DNA of 36,598 nucleotides from a virus. The position numbers and the translations under genes are program-made. Below the pieces are notes generated by a model. That model did not search any database, had not been told where the DNA came from, and was given only the letters and a program-made list of their open reading frames with translations. The stretch is taken from IMG/VR virus record IMGVR_UViG_3300025536_000007, positions 1 to 36,598 of that record; one strand, 5' to 3'. Shown piece after piece: positions 17,655-25,022 of this stretch. Numbering within the stretch: position 1 is the stretch's first letter; each line of letters starts with the position of its first letter.

Positions 17655-18947
17655 CTAAATTCGCTTGTTAATACCGAGCTCCTTGTAAAGCTCGTTGGCT
17701 GCATTAACATTCGGGTCGGATGAACGGCTGTGAGGCACGCTCACACTTGAGCCTCTCTCGACGCTATCGTTCACACCATTTAGCGGCAGATTGCGCTTCT
17801 TGGCGCTGATTCCTTTGAGAGCCTTAAGAATTTTGTTCGGGTCAATCCGAAGCCCAACAATGACTGGCAGTTTGTCTTCTTTGTTGCCAGGCTCAGTGCC
17901 AGGCAAATATTCAATAGATTCTTGAATGATTGGCATTGCCTCGGCTGCAAAGTCTTCATCAAACTTGCCGCTGGTGCTGACTAACTCTGGGTATTCATCC
18001 ATCAAGCCAGCCAAAGCATCATAGGCATCAGCCGATTTCTTCATCAACTGGCGCGTCTGAGTTTCCTGGTGCTCTTGAACGCGAGTAGCGTAGTTAGCCT
18101 TCGCATCACGTTCGGTGGCTCGCTGGTCGTAGCCATCTTTCCAGCGCCGCCAAGCAAGCTCAGCCTGCTCTGGGGTTAGGTCTAGGATATCACCAGTTTT
18201 ATTGTCACGAACTTTACGGAAATCACCAATCGTGTACTCAGGGTCTTCCTGAGAAACTTTCACTTTATTAACGGTGGCATCTTTTTCACGAAGTTGCTTT
18301 TGCAAATCTTCAATCACTTGGTCGCGGTCTTTGACCTCAGAGGTAAGCTTCTGAAAACGCTTCTCTACTTCTGGGTTGGATTTTCCTGGGCGCTTGCCCT
18401 GCTCTTCTTCCGACCCATCCTCCGAGCCCTCGTCCGACGCTGCGCCCTGTTCGTGTTCTTCCTGTCCAGCTCCGTCAGCTCCTCCTTCAGAACCGTCTTT
18501 GCCTGCTCGCTCAGAATCGCCTTCATCTCGGGATTTAGAGCCGCGAACTCCACCGTCAGCTTCCTCTGATTCGCTAGGTACTTTTCCTGAATCCTTGCCG
18601 ACTTTCGAGCCCTTCGCGTCAGAATCATCTCCTGAATCGCCATCCTTACTTGAATCAGGTGCATTTTTCGACTTATCTTTGTCGTCAGCGTTTTTTGCTG
18701 ACCCAGAAGCGGCACTTCCTGATGAGTCTTTCCCATCATCTTTAGCTCGAACCTGAGAGGTCTTAGGTCGTCCTTTAGATTTACCAGAGGGCGCTTTAAC
18801 TTTGATTCCAAGGTCGTCATACATCGACTGAACCTCGTCGGCGCTTGGCTCTGGGGCGCTTCCCTCGGCTTGCCCTGCTGGTCGTTCATTGTTTGGCTGT
18901 TGCTGTTCATTTTCCGCTCCTTCGATTGGTTTTTCGTTATCGTCCAT
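17655..18947 (-). CDS. Scaffold-like protein with ~190-aa acidic low-complexity N-terminal region
   Basis: 430 aa. The N-terminal half is D/E/S/G/K low complexity. The C-terminal half is helical and coiled (VIEDLQKQLREKDATVNKV...). It lies immediately downstream of terL. Confidence 0.45.
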   Translation of the reverse strand: MDDNEKPIEGAENEQQQPNNERPAGQAEGSAPEPSADEVQSMYDDLGIKVKAPSGKSKGRPKTSQVRAKDDGKDSSGSAASGSAKNADDKDKSKNAPDSSKDGDSGDDSDAKGSKVGKDSGKVPSESEEADGGVRGSKSRDEGDSERAGKDGSEGGADGAGQEEHEQGAASDEGSEDGSEEEQGKRPGKSNPEVEKRFQKLTSEVKDRDQVIEDLQKQLREKDATVNKVKVSQEDPEYTIGDFRKVRDNKTGDILDLTPEQAELAWRRWKDGYDQRATERDAKANYATRVQEHQETQTRQLMKKSADAYDALAGLMDEYPELVSTSGKFDEDFAAEAMPIIQESIEYLPGTEPGNKEDKLPVIVGLRIDPNKILKALKGISAKKRNLPLNGVNDSVERGSSVSVPHSRSSDPNVNAANELYKELGINKRI

Positions 18948-19029
18948 TTTACCCTCTCTTATGATTTTTATTGCCTGCCCCGTTTTTTAGAGTGTTTTTT
19001 ATCTTAATCATAACTATACTATACATTAG

Positions 19030-20463
19030 CTAAATAAACATAGAAAAATTGTTATTTTCGTTTTGGTTCTTGCCTCCTATCGTTAATTCTTGTTGCATCA
19101 ACTGCCTCAACCTCTCAGCTTTAGCGGCTTTTGTATCGGAAACTACTTTCGGGTCTTTGACTTTAATTGTGGAAAAAGTATTATCTGCGGTGATGTTATA
19201 TTTCTGAATCGCCTGACCCATATAGCAAAGCGAATCCACGGTGTCAGAATAACCGCCAACGTGAGTTGGCTTGCTTGACCAAATATGCAGACGCTCATTC
19301 CACTCGTACTCGAGTTTTTCCAAACAAGTAATGATACGCTCTAGCCCCTCATCAATCTTCAAGCCAACGAAAATACGACGCAAGAAATTGAGCTTATCCT
19401 CGATACGGTTCGGCTTCGCCAAGACAACAGTATTCGTGATGCCCTCGTTGAATAATGACTGTTTGTAGCTTTCGTTCCGAGCCCCCTTGCGATGAGCAGC
19501 ATCGTGCGGCAAGAAATGGGTATGTACCTGCCAGGCGCGTTCTTTCCACTCACCAATGTACCAGGTCACATCCTCGTTGCGATTCTCGATATGGTCAATC
19601 ACTCTCGGGAAGCCTTTTCCATCAACCTGGAACAAAATAATCGAAGTATAGTCAGCATTACCTAAGTCCCAAGCGGTGTAGTAAGGGATTTTGTCATCGC
19701 CTTCAACCTTCATGACGCGCCCTTCTTCTTTCATGATTTTGGTCAAAGCACCGAATACCGAACCTGAGTTTGGTGAGACCCAGCTCGTCATATACTCCTG
19801 CTGATAGAGCGCATCGTTTCCGTATTTGGCGATAATCTTCTTACGCTCCATCTCCAAAAAGCCTTTTGCCATATACTGAGCAACCTCTTTCATGCCGCAG
19901 TGCATGTTGCTGTAGAAAGCAAACTCTGGGTGAGCCTGAGCAAACTGAGCCTCTTCATAAAAATGATTCTTACCACGAGGCGTAGAAATCATCACGCGCC
20001 AACCACCAGTCTCCGCAAGCATGGCTGTGATAAATTCAATCGAAGCTGGGTTTAGAACAGCGTACTCGTCAAAGACCACCCCGTTCAGACCAGCACCAAC
20101 CAGTTTGTCGGCTTTGTTGATGCCGATGAGCTTAATGACCGAGCCATTACTCAGCTCAATCTCCATCTTGGCAGAGTTCATCCTAACCACCATGTCAGGT
20201 GGTATCATGTCGAGGAACTTCACCCCCTTAGAAGTCATAGCAATCCAAATGTCATTGTATGCTGTTGCGTAGTTATCAAAACAATACCAATATGTGCCTG
20301 GCTTGCGAATCGCCTCGCGTATCAAAAGATTCCAGGCAAATAATGACTTGCCTGCACGACGCGACCAGCACAGCACAATATAGCGGATGCCGTTATCAAA
20401 AGCCTTGAGCACTGCCTTCTGGTAAACACGCAGCACTAATCCAGCGCCGATGCTCAGTTTCAT
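19030..20463 (-). CDS. terL: Terminase large subunit
   Basis: Walker A-like CWSRRAGKS and Walker B-like GVVFDEYA, followed by a nuclease half (...FLPHDAAHR...). The ATG at 20463 overlaps the TerS stop (ATGA). The track start at 20490 is also possible. Confidence 0.8.
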   Translation of the reverse strand: MKLSIGAGLVLRVYQKAVLKAFDNGIRYIVLCWSRRAGKSLFAWNLLIREAIRKPGTYWYCFDNYATAYNDIWIAMTSKGVKFLDMIPPDMVVRMNSAKMEIELSNGSVIKLIGINKADKLVGAGLNGVVFDEYAVLNPASIEFITAMLAETGGWRVMISTPRGKNHFYEEAQFAQAHPEFAFYSNMHCGMKEVAQYMAKGFLEMERKKIIAKYGNDALYQQEYMTSWVSPNSGSVFGALTKIMKEEGRVMKVEGDDKIPYYTAWDLGNADYTSIILFQVDGKGFPRVIDHIENRNEDVTWYIGEWKERAWQVHTHFLPHDAAHRKGARNESYKQSLFNEGITNTVVLAKPNRIEDKLNFLRRIFVGLKIDEGLERIITCLEKLEYEWNERLHIWSSKPTHVGGYSDTVDSLCYMGQAIQKYNITADNTFSTIKVKDPKVVSDTKAAKAERLRQLMQQELTIGGKNQNENNNFSMFI

Positions 20464-21119
20464 TCGACTGCCTCTATTTGGACGTACCAAACACCATTTT
20501 CGTCCTGCTGGGCTTCATATGGAGCAACGTCAGCGTAGTCCTCGAGCATAATAGTGTCCTCACCCTCAAGTCGCACCACATCAGCCACCGCACCATCCAG
20601 GTAGTCAAACAAAAGCTTAATCGCACTCAAATTAGCACCGCGCATCGCAATGCCATACAAATTAGCCGCCATCACCTCAGCCACCTCGTAGCGGTCTTTA
20701 TCGTCAAGCACTTTATAACTGTAATCACGCTCTTTTTCACCAATCTCATCCACCATACTCTTGAGCAAAAGACCTGGCGCATTGTCAGCGGAAATCACCA
20801 CCTTGTTTTCAGTCGGCATAATCCGAACCTCGTCACGCACGCGGTCATCAATTTCTGGCTTCCGCTTTTTCGTTCGGGCATCGACATAGAGCGTGCGAAC
20901 CAGTGTGCGTTTTATCACAACCACCTTCTCTGGCTTGCCCAAAATTCGCTCGAACGCCATTTGGATAGCTTTGACATCACCGCCCTCGCAGCAAATACGA
21001 ATCAGCTCAGCAACGACTGCCTGATTTGAGGTGAGCTCGTGAAGGCTGCGCCGAAACACGCCATATCTCTGAGGCAGGAATACATTAAAAGAGTTTTGTA
21101 GCTTCTTGGATTGTGCCAT
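20460..21119 (-). CDS. terS: Probable terminase small subunit (positional)
   Basis: 219-aa ORF translationally coupled to terL. I recognise no motif. Confidence 0.4.
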   Translation of the reverse strand: MAQSKKLQNSFNVFLPQRYGVFRRSLHELTSNQAVVAELIRICCEGGDVKAIQMAFERILGKPEKVVVIKRTLVRTLYVDARTKKRKPEIDDRVRDEVRIMPTENKVVISADNAPGLLLKSMVDEIGEKERDYSYKVLDDKDRYEVAEVMAANLYGIAMRGANLSAIKLLFDYLDGAVADVVRLEGEDTIMLEDYADVAPYEAQQDENGVWYVQIEAVE

Positions 21120-22479
21120 AGTATCTGCCTTTTAATTTTTCGCCGTAGGCTTTCCAATCTTTGCCCAAGAAATTTTCACCAAATTGTCGGGAGAGCTCGT
21201 TGAACCCTGAGCGCATTTCTTCAATTGTTTCTTTTGTTAGCATGAATCTCTGCGCCCCCTCGTATGCAAACTTGTATTCCGAATAGGTCAGCACACGCCC
21301 CTCTTCTACGCACATTTTGCCATAAGTGTTGGCTTCCTGCAACCAAAGCACCCAGCCGTACATCTGGTACTCGTCAATCTCAGGGCGAGTCACTTCACCC
21401 TTCGCCAGTTTAATCGCACAGTTCACGGCGTAATTCAGCCACGCCTGTTTGTCGGCTAAAATCATCCGCTTCATTTGCCCACCGTCAGCCCTCGGCTCAA
21501 TGTAGGTGTAGAGACAAAAGCGCACACGGTCAACCAAAGACTGCTCAAAACTAAGAGTAGTCGGCGCGTTGGAAATCACCTCAATGAACCCGTAGTTGGT
21601 CGTCTGGTAAATTTCCGAGCCCTTGACCTCAACCTGTATCGGGTCTCCGCTCGCCATCAAGTGCAACGTACCATAGTTGTCATTGTTCTGATTCTTCGAG
21701 CCTTTAGCATCGGCATCATACAGATATGTCGTGTTGTCCATGTGTTGCGTATAGAACCTGCCCCAGTTTCGTGAAAGCGAGAACACGCCTGCACCCGAGC
21801 CCAAGACTTCAGCGAGCCCTTCGGCGAGCGTCGATTTGCCCGTTCGAGATTGACCAAACGTGAATAGTAGCCCGTGGTTGCCGATAATCGCTGAGCCAAC
21901 TGACCAGTCGCGCACTTTTTGCTGATGCTCGTCCATCGTCTCGTACCATTTATTCCAGGCAACACTCGGCTCATAGTCTGGCTTGTATTTCAATCGTGAC
22001 GCACGGGTAGTCGGATTATCCAAGAACCGCTCCTCGTCAGAATTGAGCTCGCCAGTGTAGCCATCAAGGATGCAATTCTCCATCTCAAAATAGCGGCGGT
22101 TGTCAAACGAAATCTCACGAGCGTACACCTGAAAGTAATCCCAGAGCGCTAGGTTTCGTTTGGTTGACCAATTAGATTCAGCCAGTTCTGGGAACGCTGC
22201 CATCGCGTCGCGCCAAAACTCAATCTGCTCACCACGGCGATACTGCTTCCATTGGTTGCCAACGCGGATAGCCAAGCCATGCTCGCTGCGGCGAAGGTAG
22301 AGTGGGGACTTTCGCCCGTTTAGGCACGAAAAGTTATCGGCAACTGCTCGGTAGAACCACTGCAATGTGTCCTGATTCCGAACCGTCTCGGGCATAACTG
22401 GCAACTCATCATTTGGAGTATTTTGTATCGCCTTAATATCCTCGGCGTTTTTCTTCTTTATTTCATCCTGGTCTGCCAT
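21085..22479 (-). CDS. D5/P4-type primase-associated SF3 helicase (NTPase)
   Basis: P-loop FTFGQSRTGKSTLAEGL, preceded by a D5_N-like region (FDNRRYFEMENCILDGYTGEL...YKPDY). I prefer the ATG at 22479, with RBS gggaggttggtaATG. Confidence 0.7.
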   Translation of the reverse strand: MADQDEIKKKNAEDIKAIQNTPNDELPVMPETVRNQDTLQWFYRAVADNFSCLNGRKSPLYLRRSEHGLAIRVGNQWKQYRRGEQIEFWRDAMAAFPELAESNWSTKRNLALWDYFQVYAREISFDNRRYFEMENCILDGYTGELNSDEERFLDNPTTRASRLKYKPDYEPSVAWNKWYETMDEHQQKVRDWSVGSAIIGNHGLLFTFGQSRTGKSTLAEGLAEVLGSGAGVFSLSRNWGRFYTQHMDNTTYLYDADAKGSKNQNNDNYGTLHLMASGDPIQVEVKGSEIYQTTNYGFIEVISNAPTTLSFEQSLVDRVRFCLYTYIEPRADGGQMKRMILADKQAWLNYAVNCAIKLAKGEVTRPEIDEYQMYGWVLWLQEANTYGKMCVEEGRVLTYSEYKFAYEGAQRFMLTKETIEEMRSGFNELSRQFGENFLGKDWKAYGEKLKGRYYGTIQEATKLF

Positions 22480-22868
22480 TACCAACCTCCCTGACTGTGG
22501 TCAATCGGGTTGATATTATTCTTGCGACAATTCTCCTCAAAGCTGAGCCACTGCAAATTATCGCAGCCATAGCCCTTTTCTGGGAAAACGCGGTCAATAC
22601 TCGGGCTCAAGTGAAGCGGAAAGTCAGCCAGCGCCCAGTCGTACCAAAGCGCCATGAAGGTGTCAATATTATCAGTCGCCTTGCACCACGCAAAAAACTC
22701 CTCCTTCGTGCAAATCCCCTTGCCATTCGCCCCACTCGAATTTGTCGAGCGACCCTCGTGTCTCGCCACCATATGCGCGTAGCGTTTCTGCCATATCCGA
22801 ATAAAATTGTAGCGGCGCTGCTCAGTCTGATACGCCAAGTTCTTCTCTCGAGCCTCTTTGCTAGACAT
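22479..22868 (-). CDS. HNH-type endonuclease
   Basis: C-terminal SIDRVFPEKGYGCDNLQWLSFEENCRKN resembles HNH_3-type nucleases. I prefer the ATG at 22868. Confidence 0.5.
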   Translation of the reverse strand: MSSKEAREKNLAYQTEQRRYNFIRIWQKRYAHMVARHEGRSTNSSGANGKGICTKEEFFAWCKATDNIDTFMALWYDWALADFPLHLSPSIDRVFPEKGYGCDNLQWLSFEENCRKNNINPIDHSQGGW

Positions 22869-23094
22869 CGCGACCCCCAAGATTCTTGAAGCCCTCGGGG
22901 ATGACCACCGAACTCACATTTTTAGTAGCGATGGAGATAGTGCTGCCACTCCGCGCATCGACTGTCTCAAAAAAGGCAGGAGCGTTCGGCTCGGCAATAA
23001 TAGCCATAAGCTCTTTCGCGACCTGCCTGGTCAGATAATACACGTCTTTGTTAGTCATTGAGACTAGCGCCAGACGTTCATTTTTTCCACTCAT
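22861..23094 (-). CDS. Hypothetical protein
   Basis: 77-aa ORF with RBS gagggtaacacacaaATG. Confidence 0.5.
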   Translation of the reverse strand: MSGKNERLALVSMTNKDVYYLTRQVAKELMAIIAEPNAPAFFETVDARSGSTISIATKNVSSVVIPEGFKNLGGRDV

Positions 23095-23148
23095 TTGTGT
23101 GTTACCCTCACTTGATGATTGATATTTGATTGATGGTTGCGGCGATTT

Positions 23149-23529
23149 TTACTGTTGCCGCTTCAGCCTCGTCTCCTTAGCCTTCCGCTCCTCGCGATAT
23201 TTTTTCTGGCGACGCGCCTCAGCTCGCTTCTGAGCCTCCGAACGACTCGCCCTAATCCCCCTATAATACTCCGACCAATACTTTTTAGTAGCCTCATACG
23301 CCGCCTCATATGTGGAAAACTCCTCGCCCTCCCCAATCGGCACTTTCGTCGTCTTCCCCAGCACCCGTATAATCGCCTTCGTAGAAACCAACAGAAAACT
23401 GCCGTCCACGCCCCTGCGGTACTCTCTATCAAAATTTGGAGTCGAGATTTTTATGCGCGTTGCCGAATACTTATTGGCTAGTGCGACAATCTCTTGCTCC
23501 ATCTGGTTATATGCTTCGGTTTCTTTCAT
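23149..23529 (-). CDS. First gene of the minus arm; basic C-terminal tail, unknown function; apparently leaderless
   Basis: 126-aa ORF. The ATG lies 7 nt downstream of the -10 hexamer at 23536-23541, and no Shine-Dalgarno site is present. Confidence 0.55.
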   Translation of the reverse strand: MKETEAYNQMEQEIVALANKYSATRIKISTPNFDREYRRGVDGSFLLVSTKAIIRVLGKTTKVPIGEGEEFSTYEAAYEATKKYWSEYYRGIRASRSEAQKRAEARRQKKYREERKAKETRLKRQQ

Positions 23530-23535
23530 ACGCTC

Positions 23536-23565
23536 ATTCTAGCACGGGCGAGAATTACTTGTAAA
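23536..23565 (-). promoter_or_regulatory. Promoter of the minus-strand arm (TTTACA-18-TAGAAT with TGc extension)
   Basis: The minus strand reads tttacaagtaattctcgcccgtgctagaat, followed by gagcgtATG. Confidence 0.55.
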
Positions 23566-24139
23566 CACTTTTTTGTTGTATTTTGTTGTAAAAAGTAAAC
23601 AAGTAAATTGTTTATGGATTTATTTCCGTCAGGCGAAAAGTACGCATATATATATTTTATTATATATCCCTACCTATACCCCACCCCCCTTGCCCCTTGC
23701 TTTCTCCTGTATTATATTTCCTTATATATATACCTACCTATATGCTCATGCTTACTGTTGGGATTTTGTTTGTGCATATACATCTATGTATGATTGCCCC
23801 ATGCTTACATACGCAGCAGCAACTACCTAGATACTGCTATAAATAACCTGTTATACCTGAAACATATTATAACATAAAACATATTATATAATGTCGTTGT
23901 CAATAATAAACACTTTTTTTTATAAACTCTCTCTAAAAAACAAAAAAAGAAAAAAAACAAATTAAAAAACTGACCTTCATCTGTTATTTTCGTTATGACC
24001 AAAAATAAAATGTTTATTTTTTTACCCCGAAATAAACCAAAAAAATAGTGTAGCTTATTTTTACAAAACAATAAAACCCATTTTTTTACAAATCTACCCC
24101 TGTTAGCAAAAAAACAATAAAAAATAAACAAGAAAAGTG
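23566..24139. other. Gene-free AT-rich control region with iteron-like repeats, A-tracts and a C/G-tract (candidate origin/regulatory hub)
   Basis: No credible ORF. It contains a tandem ttttgttgta x2 (23571-23590), CATGCTTAC x2, AAACATATTATA x2, tacctata x2, TTTTTAC(A/C) x3 and long A-runs at 23925-24135. Confidence 0.45.
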
Positions 24140-24168
24140 TTGACAAACATGCTGCGGTTTGATACTAT
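24140..24168 (+). promoter_or_regulatory. Early promoter P1 (TTGACA-17-TACTAT with TGa extension)
   Basis: Reads ttgacaaacatgctgcggtttgatactat. The -35 is a perfect consensus and the -10 is TG-extended. Confidence 0.75.
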
Positions 24169-24174
24169 ATATAC

Positions 24175-24659
24175 ATAGCAAAAGCAAAGGCTATAACGGA
24201 AATAACCACAACCGAGCGGAAAACGACAAAGCGAAATGCAGTCACCGCCAACAGTGGCAACACCATCAAATAACCATAGCAACGGCTATAACAGTACGAG
24301 CAGCAACGCAACGATTACGGCGGGCAATCCCTGGAAGATTGCAACTTTAATTGACGCAACGGGAGCTGAGCACCTTAACAATTAAAAAAATGCACAAGCG
24401 ACAAGCTATGGAATTTAGCGGCGGTGCAATAATAAACGGTGATACCTTCACCTCTGATTGAAAAGTTACGATTGAACCGTACACGCTGCAACCTATATTT
24501 TTTACAAACTTACGGCATCAACTCACATTCAATCAGGCGCGAGGGTATCACCAAAGAGCAACGATTATGAGTTGTTGCTCATCCCTCATAACGCGGTGTT
24601 ATGGGCGATGAGTAGCAACGCAAAGGCTACTATATAAATTAAGCGAAAGGAAATAAATC
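24175..24659 (+). ncRNA. Long structured 5' leader / candidate ncRNA transcribed from P1
   Basis: About 485 nt lie between the predicted TSS and the first RBS-equipped ATG (24660). Multiple long complementary segments and five (A)GCAACG copies are present; see findings. Confidence 0.5.
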
Positions 24660-24857
24660 ATGGTTTTAATATATTTTCAAGGCATCGAACGGGCTTACCC
24701 ATTATCGCAATGGGCTGAATTGTATGTTGATTATGTCAACAACTTTTTGACTGTTGAGAAATGGGCAGAACATTACAGCCTCACACTCGAGCAAGCAAGC
24801 GAAATAATCGCAGTGGGCAAAATAACTGATAGCTTTAGTAAACCGTACACTTTTTAA
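24660..24857 (+). CDS. Early protein, possible small HTH-like DNA binder
   Basis: 65-aa ORF with RBS gaaaggaaataaatcATG. The segment TVEKWAEHYSLTLEQASEIIAVGK is helix-turn-helix-like; this is weak. Confidence 0.55.
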   Translation: MVLIYFQGIERAYPLSQWAELYVDYVNNFLTVEKWAEHYSLTLEQASEIIAVGKITDSFSKPYTF

Positions 24858-24876
24858 TTGAAAGGCAAAAACAAAA

Positions 24877-25008
24877 ATGGACTACTATTCACGAAAAAAG
24901 CGCGAGCAGGCGAAAGCAGCACGGCGTGAAACCATAAAAATTTGGGCAACAGCGGTGGTAACTTTACCCGTTTTGTGGCTTTTTATGGTTCTATTTTTAA
25001 GCATTTAA
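24877..25008 (+). CDS. Small membrane protein (43 aa), below the ORF-track cutoff
   Basis: My own translation gives MDYYSRKKREQAKAARRETIKIWATAVVTLPVLWLFMVLFLSI*. It has a basic N-terminus plus one TM helix, and an aaagg motif 11 nt upstream. Confidence 0.4.
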   Translation: MDYYSRKKREQAKAARRETIKIWATAVVTLPVLWLFMVLFLSI

Positions 25009-25022
25009 GAAAGGCAATTACT

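Noticed and set aside
18365-18910. Alternative-frame and antisense ORFs (18365-18910 minus strand, 18376-18756 plus strand, 18294-18569 plus strand) overlapping the 430-aa gene.
   Set aside because: They arise from the repetitive GA/GAC/TCx-rich low-complexity acidic region, which stays open in several frames. None has an RBS, and the main frame continues into a well-behaved helical C-terminal domain.
23116-23135. The direct repeat TGATTGAT x2, spaced 11 bp apart, upstream of the 77-aa gene, considered as an operator.
   Set aside because: There are only two short AT-rich copies in a 54-bp gap that also has to hold the RBS. This is not distinguishable from chance without comparative data.
23573-24350. 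Track ORFs in the control region: 23573-23830 (+), 23608-23793 (+), 23823-24146 (-) and 24159-24350 (+).
   Set aside because: They have low-complexity, composition-driven translations (poly-F/L/Y/K), no ribosome-binding sites and mutually overlapping frames. The 24159 ORF starts inside the P1 spacer and -10. I treat the whole region as non-coding.
24236-24385. A 49-aa ATG ORF (MQSPPTVATPSNNHSNGYNSTSSNATITAGNPWKIATLIDATGAEHLNN) inside the long leader, considered as a possible S/T/N-rich peptide precursor.
   Set aside because: It has no Shine-Dalgarno site, while every accepted gene except the two apparently leaderless ones has one. Its S/N richness is explained by the repeated AGCAACG motif. 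I keep it only as a refutation test for the ncRNA hypothesis.
24454-24466. CUGAUUGAAAAG in the leader, considered as a hammerhead core.
   Set aside because: It differs from CUGANGA, and it is fully accounted for as one strand of the 25-position long-range helix.
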